A stretch of 64,000 bases of DNA from Candidatus Eiseniibacteriota bacterium (GCA_041946735.1 JBHGAY010000012.1:1-64000), one strand, 5' to 3'. Positions 32,555 through 43,772 are shown, counted from the stretch's first letter. Notes: generated by a model not told the origin, from the letters alone. Program-made: numbers and translations.

Positions 32555-33341
32555 CGACGTCTCGAGCCGTGGAGCCGGCGCGGGTGCCGGTGAAACCTCC
32601 GGCGCCGGCGGGAACGCGGTCGCGCGCGCTGGAGCCGTGTCTGCCGGGGCGCGGGCAGGCCGACAGGTTCCCCCCGTCGAGGCGGAAGACCCGGTCGGTC
32701 GCGATCGTCGCGGAGACGTCGTGGGTCGCGACGAGGAACGTCGCCCCGGTGCGTTCGCTCAGCGAGCGGAGCAGGCGCCAGATCTCTGCGGCGGTCTCGT
32801 GATCGAGGTTGCCGGTCGGCTCGTCCGCGAGGACGAGCGGCGGGTGCTTCGCGAGGGCGCGGGCGACCGCGACCCTCTGCTGCTCGCCTCCCGAAAGCTG
32901 CGCGGGAAACGCCGCGGCCCGCCCGGCGAGTCCGACCGCGTGCAGGTACTCGCGCGCCCGCTCGTGGATCGCGTGGCGGGTCCACCCGCCCGCGATCTCG
33001 AGCCCCGCCTCGACGTTCTCGAGCGCAGTCAGAGTCGGCAGCAGATTGTAGGACTGGAAGACGAAGCCGATCTGCTCGCGGCGGAAGCGGGCGAGGCCGG
33101 TCTCCGTCATCCGCTCGATGCGCCGGCCGCACACCTCGATCGTGCCGGCACTAGGGCGGTCCATTCCGCCGATCAGATTCAGCAGCGTGCTCTTGCCCGA
33201 TCCCGAGACGCCGAGAACGATCCCGAAGCTGCCCTCGTCGATGTCGAGCGAGAGCTCGCGGAGCACGGGCCGGTCGCCCGCCGCCGATGCCCCGTATCCC
33301 TTCCACAGCCCGGCGACCGATACGATGCGCCGCGGCTCCAT
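32529..33341 (-). CDS. ABC ATP-binding protein (LolD/MacB-like)
   Basis: [51 protein letters not shown]; alternative GTG start at 33410. Confidence 0.93.
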   Translation of the reverse strand: MEPRRIVSVAGLWKGYGASAAGDRPVLRELSLDIDEGSFGIVLGVSGSGKSTLLNLIGGMDRPSAGTIEVCGRRIERMTETGLARFRREQIGFVFQSYNLLPTLTALENVEAGLEIAGGWTRHAIHERAREYLHAVGLAGRAAAFPAQLSGGEQQRVAVARALAKHPPLVLADEPTGNLDHETAAEIWRLLRSLSERTGATFLVATHDVSATIATDRVFRLDGGNLSACPRPGRHGSSARDRVPAGAGGFTGTRAGSTARDVDGPIEVVA

Positions 33342-33577
33342 CCCTCGCGCTGTCAGGCGACCCTCCTGTCGTTGCTCCCGCGGCGGCCGTAAGGTGGCGT
33401 CCGATCCCACGATCGGCCCTTTTCCCAGGCTGCTTCACGATTTCCGAGGAGGCGCACGGCGGGGCACGCCGGCGGGGCAGGCGGGGCGCGCAGGCGGGGG
33501 CGGGCGCCGCGCGCCGGCGGGGCAGGCGGCCGCTGGGCGGCGGCCGCGAAGCGCGCGGCCGGGCGGGGCGAATCGAT

Positions 33578-33607
33578 TTGACAGTCCTTAAGAATCACTG
33601 ATACGTT
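33578..33607 (+). promoter_or_regulatory. Putative sigma70 promoter for the meaB operon
   Basis: TTGACA-N18-TACGTT with TGn, in an AT-rich patch. Confidence 0.65.
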
Positions 33608-33647
33608 CAGCCGTTCTTTTCTAGGGCTTTGCCTCAGGGAGGACCGC

Positions 33648-34700
33648 TTGCCGCCTGCCGAACGCGAGGGGATCGAGGATCTCGCCTTGCGGATCCGCAG
33701 CAGGGATCGCCGCGCCCTGTCTCGAGCCATCTCTTGGATCGAAGACCAGACGCCGGCGGGCCGCCTGCTGCTCGACCGCGTGTACTCCCCGGAGGGGAGG
33801 GCCCACCGGCTCGGCATTACCGGCCCTCCGGGATCCGGCAAGTCGACGCTCGTGAGCCAGCTGACGCGGCTGCTTCGCGCGCGCGGCGTCCGTGTGGCCG
33901 TCCTCGCCGTCGATCCCTCGAGCCCGTTCACCGGGGGCGCCGTGCTCGGCGACCGGATCCGAATGCAGGATCATGCCGGCGATCCGGACGTCTTCATCCG
34001 GAGCATGGCAAGCCGCGGCAGCCTCGGCGGCCTCGCGTCAACCACCTACGAGGTGAGCGAGGCGGTGGAGGCGGCCGGATACGACTGGATCCTGATCGAG
34101 ACGGTCGGCGTCGGGCAGTCGGAGATGGAGATCGTCGAGGCGGCCGACACGACGCTCGTCGTCCTCGTCCCGGAATCGGGGGACGGGGTGCAGGTGATGA
34201 AAGCGGGGTTGATGGAGGCGGCCGACCTCTTCGTGGTCAACAAATACGACCGCGACGGCGGCGATCGCCTGATCAAGGAAATCAGCCTGATGCTCGAGCT
34301 GGGTCGCGAGCAGGACAGGGAGCGGCGCGGTGCCGCGCCGGGCGCCAACGAGCCGCGCTGGGAGCGGCGCATCCATCGCACCGTCGCCTCGACCGGCCTC
34401 GGAGTGCCGGAACTGCTCGGGGGGATCGATGCGCACCGGGCGCATCTACGCTCCGATCCGGAGCGCTGGCAGCAGCGACAACGACGCCGCCTTCGCCGGC
34501 GGCTGCGCGGCCAGCTTCGCGACCGGCTGCTGCAGGTCCTCGAGCGCGACGACCGCCTCGAGGGATGGCTACGCGAAGGAGAGAGACGGATCGTCGCCGG
34601 AGAGGCGTCGCCGTACGGCTGGATCGACGCGATGGCGAGCCGCCTTCTCGAGGGGGAGCGATCCTTCGAGCCGGCGGCCCCCCGACGGGAGGAGCGATGA
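33648..34700 (+). CDS. meaB: Methylmalonyl-CoA mutase-associated GTPase MeaB
   Basis: [49 protein letters not shown] start after GGAGGA. Confidence 0.95.
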   Translation: MPPAEREGIEDLALRIRSRDRRALSRAISWIEDQTPAGRLLLDRVYSPEGRAHRLGITGPPGSGKSTLVSQLTRLLRARGVRVAVLAVDPSSPFTGGAVLGDRIRMQDHAGDPDVFIRSMASRGSLGGLASTTYEVSEAVEAAGYDWILIETVGVGQSEMEIVEAADTTLVVLVPESGDGVQVMKAGLMEAADLFVVNKYDRDGGDRLIKEISLMLELGREQDRERRGAAPGANEPRWERRIHRTVASTGLGVPELLGGIDAHRAHLRSDPERWQQRQRRRLRRRLRGQLRDRLLQVLERDDRLEGWLREGERRIVAGEASPYGWIDAMASRLLEGERSFEPAAPRREER

Positions 34701-35119
34701 GCGAGGAGAAGATCCGCATCCTGGTGGCGAAGCCGGGACTCGACGGTCACGACCGGGGGGCGAAGGTGATCGCCACCGCGTTCCGCGACGCCGGCTTCGA
34801 GGTGATCTACACGGGACTCCACCAGACACCGGAGATGATCGTGGACGCGGCCGTCCAGGAGGACGTCGACATCGTTTCGCTGTCGATCCTCTCCGGCGCG
34901 CACATGACCCTCTTCGCCCGGATCCTCGAGCTGCTGAAGGAGCGGGGAGCTGGAGACATCCACGTCCTCGCCGGAGGGATCATCCCGGAGGAGGATGCGC
35001 GGAAGCTGAAGGAGATGGGGGTCGGCGAGGTGTTCGGGCCCGGGACGCCGACAACCGCGCCGATCGAGTATATCCGCCGCTGGCACGCCGCGCGGGCGAG
35101 CCAGGCGGCGGGCAGCTGA
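34697..35119 (+). CDS. Cobalamin-binding small subunit of a split acyl-CoA mutase
   Basis: [13 protein letters not shown] (DxHxxG), SILSGAH, GGIIP, FGPGT. Confidence 0.95.
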   Translation: MSEEKIRILVAKPGLDGHDRGAKVIATAFRDAGFEVIYTGLHQTPEMIVDAAVQEDVDIVSLSILSGAHMTLFARILELLKERGAGDIHVLAGGIIPEEDARKLKEMGVGEVFGPGTPTTAPIEYIRRWHAARASQAAGS

Positions 35120-35142
35120 ACCCCAAGCGCGGAGGAGCATCG

Positions 35143-35856
35143 ATGTCCATCGACAAGCGCGTGAAGGATGCCGACGAGGCGCTCGAGCGGGCGCAGGTGC
35201 ATGACGGCTGCACGATCCTGATGGGTGGCTTCGGACTCTGCGGAATCCCGGAGAACCTGATCGCGGCGCTGCTGCGGCGCGGCACGAAGGATCTGACGAT
35301 CGTCAGCAACAACGCCGGCGTCGACGACTTCGGCATCGGCCTGCTGCTCCAGACCCGCCAGGTGCGGAAGATGATCTCCACCTACGTCGGCGAAAACGCG
35401 ACCTTCGAGCGTCAGTTCCTCGACGGCGAGCTCGAGCTCGAGCTCGTGCCCCAGGGCACCTTCGCCGAGAGGATCCGGGCGGGCGGAGCCGGCATTCCCG
35501 CGTTCTACACCCCGACCGGCGTCGGCACGAAGGTCGCCGAGGGGAAGGAAGTGCGCGAGTTCGCCGGGCGCTCCTATCTGCTCGAGGCGGCGATCCGCGG
35601 CGACGTCGCGTTCGTGAAGGGGTATCGCGGCGACTCGATGGGGAACCTGGTCTACCGCGGCACGGCGCGGAACTTCAATCCGATGATCGCCACGGCCGCC
35701 GACCGGACGATCGCCGAGGTCGAACGGCTGGTGCCGATCGGCGAGCTGGATCCCGAAGCGATCGTCACGCCTTCGATCTACGTCGATGCCATCTTCGAGG
35801 GAACGAACTATGAAAAGCGGATTGAGCAAAGAACAAATCGTCCGAAGAGCCGCTAG
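35143..35856 (+). CDS. scoA: 3-oxoacid CoA-transferase subunit A
   Basis: [44 protein letters not shown]. Confidence 0.94.
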   Translation: MSIDKRVKDADEALERAQVHDGCTILMGGFGLCGIPENLIAALLRRGTKDLTIVSNNAGVDDFGIGLLLQTRQVRKMISTYVGENATFERQFLDGELELELVPQGTFAERIRAGGAGIPAFYTPTGVGTKVAEGKEVREFAGRSYLLEAAIRGDVAFVKGYRGDSMGNLVYRGTARNFNPMIATAADRTIAEVERLVPIGELDPEAIVTPSIYVDAIFEGTNYEKRIEQRTNRPKSR

Positions 35857-36475
35857 CGAGCTTCGCGACGGGATGTACGTGAACCTGGGGATCGGCATGC
35901 CGACCCTGGTGTCCAACCACGTCCCGGAGGGGATGGCGATCGTCCTGCAGTCGGAGAACGGGATGCTGGGAGTCGGGCCGTTCCCGTACGAGGGGGAGGA
36001 GAGTCCCGACCTGATCAACGCCGGCAAGCAGACGATCACCGCGCTCCCGGGCGCGTGCTTCTTCTCCAGCGCCGACTCCTTCGCGATGATCCGCGGCGGG
36101 CACGTCGATCTGACGATCCTCGGCGCGATGGAGGTCGACGAGAAGGGGAACCTCGCGAACTGGATGATCCCGGGGAAGATGGTGAAAGGGATGGGGGGGG
36201 CGATGGATCTGGTCGCCGGCGCGAAGCGCGTGATCGTGACGATGCAGCACACGGCGAAGGACGGCAGCCCCAAGGTCCTTCACCAGTGCCAGCTCCCGCT
36301 GACCGGAATCGGCTGCGTCGACCGGATCATCTCCGATCTCGGCGTCTTCGACGTCGTGCCGGGGCGGGGGATCGTGCTGCGCGAGCGCGCGCCGGGATGG
36401 TCCGTCGAGGAGATCCAGGAGAAGACCGAAGCGAAGCTTTCCGCCGACGGGGACGTTCCGGAAGTCCGCATCTAG
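35810..36475 (+). CDS. scoB: 3-oxoacid CoA-transferase subunit B
   Basis: VNLGIGMPT, catalytic [26 protein letters not shown] 35810 after GAGGGA. Confidence 0.94.
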   Translation: MKSGLSKEQIVRRAASELRDGMYVNLGIGMPTLVSNHVPEGMAIVLQSENGMLGVGPFPYEGEESPDLINAGKQTITALPGACFFSSADSFAMIRGGHVDLTILGAMEVDEKGNLANWMIPGKMVKGMGGAMDLVAGAKRVIVTMQHTAKDGSPKVLHQCQLPLTGIGCVDRIISDLGVFDVVPGRGIVLRERAPGWSVEEIQEKTEAKLSADGDVPEVRI

Positions 36476-36479
36476 GAAG

Positions 36480-36606
36480 GAAGCCCGAAGTGCCGAAGCC
36501 TGAAGCCCGAGGAACACGCCCGAACGAAAACTAGCATGGGAACGAGAACGAGCACGAGAAGCGAGTAGGGAACGAGCAAGGGAACGAGAACGAGCACGGG
36601 AACGAG
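36480..36606. repeat. Intergenic purine-rich short repeats
   Basis: GGGAACGAG at 36538, 36568, 36580 and 36598; GGGAACGAGAACGAGCACG twice; GAAGCC repeats at 36480-36510. Confidence 0.75.
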
Positions 36607-36616
36607 AGGAGCCGAG

Positions 36617-37759
36617 ATGGTGCGAGTGAGCGAGGAGCACGAGGCGCTGCGGCAGGCGGTGCGGGAGTTCGCGGAGAGCGAGGTCCTCCCCCGCGCGATG
36701 GCGATCGACCGGGAAGGGGAGATCCCGCGCGAAATCCTCCGGAAGATGGCGGAGCTCGGGTATCTCGGGATCCCGTATCCGGAGCAGTGGGGCGGCGCCG
36801 GCATGGATACCCTCTCCTACGCGATCGCCGTCGAGGAGATCTCACGCGTCTGCGCCTCGACCGGGATCACCATGGCCGCTCACACGAGCCTCGGGATCTA
36901 CCCGATCTACAAGTACGGAACGCCGGCGCAGAAAGAGCGCTACCTGAGGAAGCTCGTCACGGGCGAGTGGATCGGCGCCTTCGGGCTGACGGAGCCGGGG
37001 GCGGGCTCCGACGCGGGCGGGACCCAGACGACGGCCGTCCGCGACGGCGACGGATGGGTGCTGAATGGATCGAAGATCTACATCACCAACGGCAAGATGG
37101 CGCGCACCGTGATCACCGCCGCCCGCACTTCGAAAGAGGCGGGGACGCGCGGCATCTCCGCCTTCATCGTCGAGCAGCCGAATCCCGGCGTGACGGTCGG
37201 CAAGCTCGAGGACAAGCTCGGCTGTCGCGGATCGGAGACGGCCCAGCTGCACTTCACCGACCTGCGCCTGCCGGCCGACGCGCTCCTCGGCGAGGAGAAC
37301 GGCGGCTTCCCGATCTTCCTCGACACCCTCGACGGCGGGCGGATCTCGATCGGGGCGATGTCGCTCGGAATCGCGCAGGCCGCCTACGAGGCGAGCGTCG
37401 CCTACGCGCAGCAGCGCCAGCAGTTCGGCAAGCCGATCGCCGAGTTCCAGGGGCTCCAGTTCGTCCTCGCCGACATGGGGACGCAGATCGAGACGGCGCG
37501 GCTGCACGTCTACAACGCGGCCCGCCTGAAGGACGAGGGGATCCGGTTCAAGAAGGAGTCGGCGATGGCGAAGCTCGTCGCCTCCGAGGTGGCGATGTGG
37601 GTGACGACGAAGGCGATCCAGGTTCACGGCGGGATCGGCTACATGCGCGACCTGCCGGTCGAACGCTACTTCCGGGATGCGAAGCTCATGGAGATCGGCG
37701 AGGGGACGTCGGAAATCCAGAGGACGGTGATCGCCCGGGAGATCCTGAAGGGGTACTAG
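36617..37759 (+). CDS. Short/branched-chain acyl-CoA dehydrogenase
   Basis: [49 protein letters not shown]. Confidence 0.95.
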   Translation: MVRVSEEHEALRQAVREFAESEVLPRAMAIDREGEIPREILRKMAELGYLGIPYPEQWGGAGMDTLSYAIAVEEISRVCASTGITMAAHTSLGIYPIYKYGTPAQKERYLRKLVTGEWIGAFGLTEPGAGSDAGGTQTTAVRDGDGWVLNGSKIYITNGKMARTVITAARTSKEAGTRGISAFIVEQPNPGVTVGKLEDKLGCRGSETAQLHFTDLRLPADALLGEENGGFPIFLDTLDGGRISIGAMSLGIAQAAYEASVAYAQQRQQFGKPIAEFQGLQFVLADMGTQIETARLHVYNAARLKDEGIRFKKESAMAKLVASEVAMWVTTKAIQVHGGIGYMRDLPVERYFRDAKLMEIGEGTSEIQRTVIAREILKGY

Positions 37760-37850
37760 AAGGGCACCGAAAGGGGCACGAGCAGCAGCCAGCAGAGCCG
37801 GGAAGCCGCAGGCTCGCACGTCCAGGGCACGGCCGCAGGAGGGTGAAGCG

Positions 37851-39089
37851 ATGAGCGAGTGGAAGCCGAATCCGATGGGACTCAAGCCGGGCGACCAGGT
37901 CGGGACCCCGCGCGAGGTGGTCCTGCTCTCCGCCGTGCGGACCGCGATCGGCAAGTTCCAGGGAGGCCTTGCGCCGCTCGCGGCGACCGACCTCGGCGGC
38001 ATCGTCGTCCGTGAGGCGGTGCTCCGCGCCGGCGTCGATCCCGGCCACGTCGACGAGGTCCTGATGGGGCACGTCCTTCAGGGAGGGACGGGCCAGGCGC
38101 CGGCCCGGCAGGCGGCGCTCAAAGGAGGGCTGCCGGACACCGTCGCGGCGGCGACGATCAACAAAGTCTGCGGTTCCGGGCTGAAGGCGGTGATGCTCGC
38201 CGCCTCGGAGATCAAGGCGGGAGACGCCGACGTGATCGTGGCGGGCGGCATGGAGAGCATGTCCAACGCCCCGTACTTCCTTCCCGGAGTCCGCAACGGC
38301 CTGCGCCTCGGCGACGGCCAGGTGAAGGACCTGATGGTCCACGACGGTCTCTGGTGCTCGTTCAAGGACTGGCATATGGGATCGGCCGCGGAGCTGATCG
38401 CGCGCAAGTTCGGGATCACCCGCGGGGCGCAGGACGAGTTCGCGCTCGCGAGCCATCAGAAGGCGGTCGCCGCGATCGACGCGGGGAAGTTCCGCGCGGA
38501 GATCGTGCCGGTCTCGATCCCGCAGAAGAAGGGCGATCCGATCGTCGTCGACACCGACGAGGGACCGCGCCGCGACAGCTCGATCGAGGCGCTGGCGAAG
38601 CTCCGTCCCGCCTTCGAGAAGGACGGGACGGTGACCGCCGGCAACGCTCCGAGCGTCAACGACGGTGCCGCCGCGCTGGTGGTCGCCTCGCGCGCCGCCG
38701 CCGACCGGATCGGCGCCAAGCCGCTCGCGCGCGTGATCGGCTACGCGACCGGCGGCGTCTCGCCGGAAATGATCTTCTACGCGCCCGTGGTCGCGGTGCG
38801 TAAGCTCATGGAGAAGACCGGCCTGTCGATCGGGGACTTCGACCTGATCGAGGCGAACGAGGCGTTCGCCGCCCAGGCGCTCGTCGACGGGAACGAGCTG
38901 GGGTGGGACTGGTCGCGGGTGAACGTCCATGGCGGGGCCGTCGCCCTCGGACATCCGATCGGAGCGAGCGGCGCCCGCGTTCTCGTCACCCTCCTGTACG
39001 CGATGAAGGACCGCGGCGCGCGCATCGGGCTGGCTACCCTCTGTCTCGGGGGAGGCAACGCCGTCGCGCTCGCCATCGAGAGGCTGTAG
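37851..39089 (+). CDS. Acetyl-CoA C-acetyltransferase (thiolase)
   Basis: [25 protein letters not shown]. Confidence 0.95.
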   Translation: MSEWKPNPMGLKPGDQVGTPREVVLLSAVRTAIGKFQGGLAPLAATDLGGIVVREAVLRAGVDPGHVDEVLMGHVLQGGTGQAPARQAALKGGLPDTVAAATINKVCGSGLKAVMLAASEIKAGDADVIVAGGMESMSNAPYFLPGVRNGLRLGDGQVKDLMVHDGLWCSFKDWHMGSAAELIARKFGITRGAQDEFALASHQKAVAAIDAGKFRAEIVPVSIPQKKGDPIVVDTDEGPRRDSSIEALAKLRPAFEKDGTVTAGNAPSVNDGAAALVVASRAAADRIGAKPLARVIGYATGGVSPEMIFYAPVVAVRKLMEKTGLSIGDFDLIEANEAFAAQALVDGNELGWDWSRVNVHGGAVALGHPIGASGARVLVTLLYAMKDRGARIGLATLCLGGGNAVALAIERL

Positions 39090-39154
39090 GCGCAATAGCA
39101 ATTGAGGATCTTGCCGCGCGCGCGGCGCGCGAAGATCCCGGGAGAGCATCACCG

Positions 39155-40012
39155 ATGGAGCGGAACCGACGCGTGGCCGTCGTGGGATCGGGGACGATGG
39201 GCAGCGGGATCGCTCAGGTCCTCGCGCAGACCGGATACCCGGTCGTGCTGACCGACGCGATGCCGGAGGCGCTGGATCGCGCGGCGCATACGATTCAGAA
39301 GAGCCTGGAGCGGCTCGTCAAGAAGGGCAGCCTCGGCGAGGAGCAGGTGGGCGGCATCCTCGAGAGGATCGGGCGGACGACGAAGCTCGAAGTGGTGCGC
39401 GACGCCCAGCTCGTGATCGAGGCGATCGTCGAGGAGCCGGGGGCGAAGAAAGAGCTGTTCGCTCACCTCGACACCCTGACCGGGCCCGACACGATCCTCG
39501 CCTCGAACACCTCTTCGATCTCCATCACGGAGATGGGAGCGGTCACCCGCCGCCCGGAGAAGGTGATCGGGATGCATTTCATGAACCCGGTCCCGGTGAT
39601 GCCGCTCGTCGAGATCATCCGCGGGTTCGCCACCTCGGACGAGACGTTCGAGAGGGTGGAGGGGCTCGCCCGTGAGCTGGGGAAGACCCCGGTGACGGTC
39701 AACGACTATCCGGGCTTCGTCTCCAACCGGATCCTCCTGCCGATGATCAACGAGGCGGTCTTCTGCCTGATGGAAGGGGTCGCCTCGCGCGAGGACATCG
39801 ACACGGTGATGCGTCTCGGCATGAACCACCCGATGGGCCCGCTCACGCTCGCGGATTTCATCGGCCTCGACGTCTGCCTCCACATCCTGAACGTCCTGCA
39901 CGAGGGGTTCGGCGACCCGAAGTACCGGCCCTGCCCTCTTCTCGTGAAGATGGTGAAGGCGGGGCATCTCGGCCGGAAGTCGGGCAAGGGCTTCTACGAT
40001 TACGCCGGGTAG
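39155..40012 (+). CDS. hbd: 3-hydroxybutyryl-CoA dehydrogenase
   Basis: [50 protein letters not shown]. Confidence 0.94.
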   Translation: MERNRRVAVVGSGTMGSGIAQVLAQTGYPVVLTDAMPEALDRAAHTIQKSLERLVKKGSLGEEQVGGILERIGRTTKLEVVRDAQLVIEAIVEEPGAKKELFAHLDTLTGPDTILASNTSSISITEMGAVTRRPEKVIGMHFMNPVPVMPLVEIIRGFATSDETFERVEGLARELGKTPVTVNDYPGFVSNRILLPMINEAVFCLMEGVASREDIDTVMRLGMNHPMGPLTLADFIGLDVCLHILNVLHEGFGDPKYRPCPLLVKMVKAGHLGRKSGKGFYDYAG

Positions 40013-40132
40013 AGCGGGAGCGGCGCGGCACGCCGCCACGCGGCTGCGCGAGACGGCGCCGTCCCGCTCCGCGCGGCCGGGATCGCGCAGTCGAGACGCA
40101 ACGGGACGCCAGCGCTTTCGGTCGGCCGTCGC

Positions 40133-42625
40133 ATGCGCTACGCCCTGACGCCCGAGCAGGAGCGCAGGCGTGAGGAGGTGCGCCGGGCCGCAGAGGAGAT
40201 CCTGCGCCCGGGCGCGGTCGCGCGGGACCAGGCGGGACGCGTTCCCGATCGGGAATGGGGGGCGCTGGCGCAACGTGGACTGGTCGCCCTCACCGTCCCC
40301 GAGACCGAAGGAGGACGAGGCTACGATCTCGCCTCCGCTTGCCTCGCGATCCGCGAGATCTCGCGTTGCGATGCCTCCGCGGGGCTGCTCCTCGGCTTCC
40401 ACGACCTGATCGTCGCGCGTGAGATCGCGCGGCGGGCGCCGCCGGCCGCACGCGCCCGGCTGCTCCCCGCGCTCGTCGACGGAACGACACGCGCAGCCGC
40501 CGCCCTCACCGATCCTCCCTATGCTCCCCGCGCGAGCGTCCCGGCCGACGCCTCGGCCTCGCCTCGCCACGCCGGGGCGCTCGAGCCCGCCCGGCTGCAT
40601 CGCGAAGAGGGACGGCTGAGCGCCAGCGGCGCAAAGCTCTTCGTCCCCGGCGCGCTCGGCGCCGACCTCTTCCTCGTCTACGCACTCGATCCCGACGACC
40701 TCGCGCCGCACCGGCGCGCGCTCCTTCTCCTCGCGAAAGGGACGGCCGGCTTGTCGGCCGGTGAGCCGGACCGGATCTTCGGAGTCCGCGCGGCCGGCGT
40801 CGCCCCGCTCCTGCTCGACCGCTGCCCGATCGATCCGGACTGGGGTCTGCTTGGATCGGGCAACCGCGATCCGGTCGCTTCTGCGCTCTTCGGCGAAGCG
40901 GATCTCGCGGTGGCGTCTCAGGCGCTCGGAATCGCCGACGCCGCCTTCGAGGGGGCGGTGGCGCGAGCGAAGGAGCGGGAAGCGTCGGGTTCGCCGCTCG
41001 GCGCTCGCCAGCGGATCCAGTGGAAGCTCGCCGAGATGAAGACGCTCCTCGACGCGGCGGAGCTGTTCGTCCTGCGCGCGGCCGAGGCGGGGGAGCGCGA
41101 GCCGCAGCTCTTCGCCTACGCGGCGGCGCAGGCGAAGGTGTTCGCGGGGCGCGCGGCGGCGCGGATCGCCGACGAGGCGGTGCAGATCTTCGGAGGGTCG
41201 GGCGCGATCGAGGACGGCGGCGTCGAGCGCCACTGGCGCGACGCGAAGACGACCGAGCTGAACCCGACGTCGAGCGAGGTCGCGAAGCTCTCGATCGCAC
41301 GACACCTGCTCGAGCGGCAGGCGGGCGAGGGGGATCGCGGGACCGGCGGCGCGGCTGCTGGTCCGATCGGCGGGGCTGCCGGCGCGGCCGCCGGCGCGAA
41401 CGGCGCTGCGGCGGGCGCCGGCGGGGTGCTCGATCCCGATTCGAGCGAGGACGAGCGCATGATCCTCGGGATGGTGCGCAATTTCGCGCGCGAGGAGCTG
41501 GCGCCGATCGCCCGCGCGCTCGACGAGGAGCGACGCGTCCCGTTGGCCGAGATCGAGAAGATGCAGGAGCTCGGGCTCTTCGGGCTCCTGATCCCGGAGG
41601 AGTACGGCGGCTCGGGGTGCCGGGCGATCCTCTACGCGCGCGTGATCGAGGAGCTGGCGCGCGCCTGCGCGGCCGTCGCCATCATCCTCTCCGTCTCGAG
41701 CTCTGTCGGAGCGTTTCCGATCCTGCTGTTCGGGACGGAGGAGCAGAAGCGCCGCTTCCTCCCGCGGCTCGCAGCCGGAGCGATCGGCGCGTTCTGTCTC
41801 TCGGAGGCGGACAGCGGAAGCGACGCGGCGAGTCTGAAGCTTCGCGCCGAGCGCGAGGCGGAGGGGGGCGACTGGCTCCTGACCGGCACGAAGATGTGGG
41901 TGACGAACGCTCCTCACGCGCAGGTCTTCCTCGTCTTCGGCCGGAGCGGCTCGTTCGATCCACGGGAGAGCCATCGCGGCATCACCGCCTTCCTCGTCGA
42001 GGGCGGGAGCGAGGGGCTCACGATCAGCCGCGAAGAGGACAAGATGGGCCTGCGCGCGTCGGCGACCGCCGAGGTCGTGTTCGATCGAGTGCGCGTGCCG
42101 GCGGCGAACCAGCTCGGTGAGGAGGGGCGGGGGTTCCGCGTCGCGATGAGCGCGCTCGACAACGGACGGATCGGCGTCGGCGGCCAGGCGCTCGGCATCG
42201 CGCGAGCCTCCTTCGCCGAGGCGCTCTCCTACGCGAAGGTGCGGCGGCAGTTCGGCCGTCCCCTCTCGGACTTCGAGGCGACCCGCCTCCGGCTGGCCGA
42301 GATGGACCTCGACGTCCAGGCGGCCGCTCTTCTCGTCTACCGGGCGGCCGAACGCAAGGACTCCGGCCTGCCGTACGGGCCGCACGCTTCGATGGCGAAA
42401 CTCTACGCGTCCGAGGCGGCGACCCGGGTCGCGCATGCCGCGATCCAGATCCACGGCGGCTATGGCTACACGAAGGACTACCCGGTCGAGCGCTACTATC
42501 GAGACGCCCGCGTGACGGAGATCTACGAGGGCACGAGCGAGATGCAGAGGATCGTGATCGCCCGGTGGGTGCTGAGCGGCGAGGGAAGCGGCCGGGACGA
42601 AGGGGAGGGAAGCGGCCGGCGCTAG
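40133..42625 (+). CDS. Two-domain acyl-CoA dehydrogenase (degenerate ACAD fused to an intact ACAD)
   Basis: Two ACAD repeats joined by a Gly/Ala linker; C-domain has FCLSEADSGSD and IYEGTSEMQR, N-domain motifs are degenerate. Confidence 0.88.
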   Translation: MRYALTPEQERRREEVRRAAEEILRPGAVARDQAGRVPDREWGALAQRGLVALTVPETEGGRGYDLASACLAIREISRCDASAGLLLGFHDLIVAREIARRAPPAARARLLPALVDGTTRAAAALTDPPYAPRASVPADASASPRHAGALEPARLHREEGRLSASGAKLFVPGALGADLFLVYALDPDDLAPHRRALLLLAKGTAGLSAGEPDRIFGVRAAGVAPLLLDRCPIDPDWGLLGSGNRDPVASALFGEADLAVASQALGIADAAFEGAVARAKEREASGSPLGARQRIQWKLAEMKTLLDAAELFVLRAAEAGEREPQLFAYAAAQAKVFAGRAAARIADEAVQIFGGSGAIEDGGVERHWRDAKTTELNPTSSEVAKLSIARHLLERQAGEGDRGTGGAAAGPIGGAAGAAAGANGAAAGAGGVLDPDSSEDERMILGMVRNFAREELAPIARALDEERRVPLAEIEKMQELGLFGLLIPEEYGGSGCRAILYARVIEELARACAAVAIILSVSSSVGAFPILLFGTEEQKRRFLPRLAAGAIGAFCLSEADSGSDAASLKLRAEREAEGGDWLLTGTKMWVTNAPHAQVFLVFGRSGSFDPRESHRGITAFLVEGGSEGLTISREEDKMGLRASATAEVVFDRVRVPAANQLGEEGRGFRVAMSALDNGRIGVGGQALGIARASFAEALSYAKVRRQFGRPLSDFEATRLRLAEMDLDVQAAALLVYRAAERKDSGLPYGPHASMAKLYASEAATRVAHAAIQIHGGYGYTKDYPVERYYRDARVTEIYEGTSEMQRIVIARWVLSGEGSGRDEGEGSGRR

Positions 42626-42635
42626 GTAGGCCGGC

Positions 42636-43772
42636 TCACGCGAGGGACTTCTCCTCGGATTGCGACTCCTGCGTCTTCGCGCCGTCCGCCTGCGGCTTCC
42701 TCATCCCCCGCGAGCCGTCGTGCCGCGTGCCGTCGTGCGCCTCTTCGTCCTTCTTCGCCAGCGGCCACCTCGCGAGTCCCGCCAGGCCGGCGATCCCGAC
42801 CGCCCCGGCGGCGATCGCCGCGACCTTCCCGCGGTGCAGATCCAGCCAGAGCTGCGCGCTCGTGTCGCTCGCGCGCGCGTCGAAGTCGCCATGGGCCCCA
42901 TGGTCCCCCGGCACCGGCGCCCAGAGGTTGTAGGGGCGCTCGGGATCTTCCGCCCCATCGTGCATTTGCGCCTCGTAGCCCATCTCCGCGAGCTTGCGGT
43001 CCGCGTAGCCGGGAGCGACACGGTTGCCGAAGACCGCCTTCACCGTCGGCCATCCCACCAGGATCTCGCGGCGCGTGCCACGGGCCGCGTAGTGGATCGC
43101 CCGCGCGGCGACCTCCGGCTGGAAGATCGGCGGGACCGGCTGGGCCTTGCGGGGCAGCCGGCTCTTGACCCATCCAAACTGCGGCGTGTTGATCGCCGGC
43201 AGCTGGACCATCGTCACGCGCACGCCGCTCCGGTCGTGGAGCAGTTCGGTGCGAAGGGAATCGACGAAGCCCTGCACCGCGTGCTTCGCGGCGCAATAGG
43301 CGGACTGCAGGGGGATCCCGCGGTAGGCGAGCGCCGAGCCGACCTGGACGATCACTCCGCGATCGCGCGGCAGCATGCGGCGCAGCGCGGCGAGCGTCCC
43401 GTGCACGACCCCGAGGTAGGTCACCTCGGTGACCCGGCGGTACTCCTCCGGACGCATCTCCTTCACCGGCGAGAAGACGGAGGTCATCGCGTTGTTGATC
43501 CAGACGTCGATCGGCCCGAGCCGCCGCTCGATCTCCGCGGCCGCCGCCTCGACCCGGCCCGCGTCGGCGACGTCGACCGGGATCGCGAGCGCCGTGCCCC
43601 GGCGCTGCTCGATATCGCGGGCCGCCGCCTCCAGCCCGTCCATCCCGCGCGCGAGGACGGCGACCTTGTCGCCGTCGCTCGCGAAGCGCTGCGCCGTCGC
43701 CCGCCCGACCCCCGCCGACCCGCCGGTGATGACGATGACCCTGGGCTTCTTCGGTTGGACTGCTCGCGCCAC
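42636..43772 (-). CDS. Short-chain dehydrogenase/reductase with C-terminal extension
   Basis: ITGGSAGVG, WINNA, YCAAK; GTG start after AGGAGG. Confidence 0.92.
   Translation of the reverse strand: MARAVQPKKPRVIVITGGSAGVGRATAQRFASDGDKVAVLARGMDGLEAAARDIEQRRGTALAIPVDVADAGRVEAAAAEIERRLGPIDVWINNAMTSVFSPVKEMRPEEYRRVTEVTYLGVVHGTLAALRRMLPRDRGVIVQVGSALAYRGIPLQSAYCAAKHAVQGFVDSLRTELLHDRSGVRVTMVQLPAINTPQFGWVKSRLPRKAQPVPPIFQPEVAARAIHYAARGTRREILVGWPTVKAVFGNRVAPGYADRKLAEMGYEAQMHDGAEDPERPYNLWAPVPGDHGAHGDFDARASDTSAQLWLDLHRGKVAAIAAGAVGIAGLAGLARWPLAKKDEEAHDGTRHDGSRGMRKPQADGAKTQESQSEEKSLA

Noticed and set aside
33410..33647. Cobalamin riboswitch upstream of the B12-related operon
   Set aside because: The leader after the promoter is only about 35 nt and has no B12-box-like motif.
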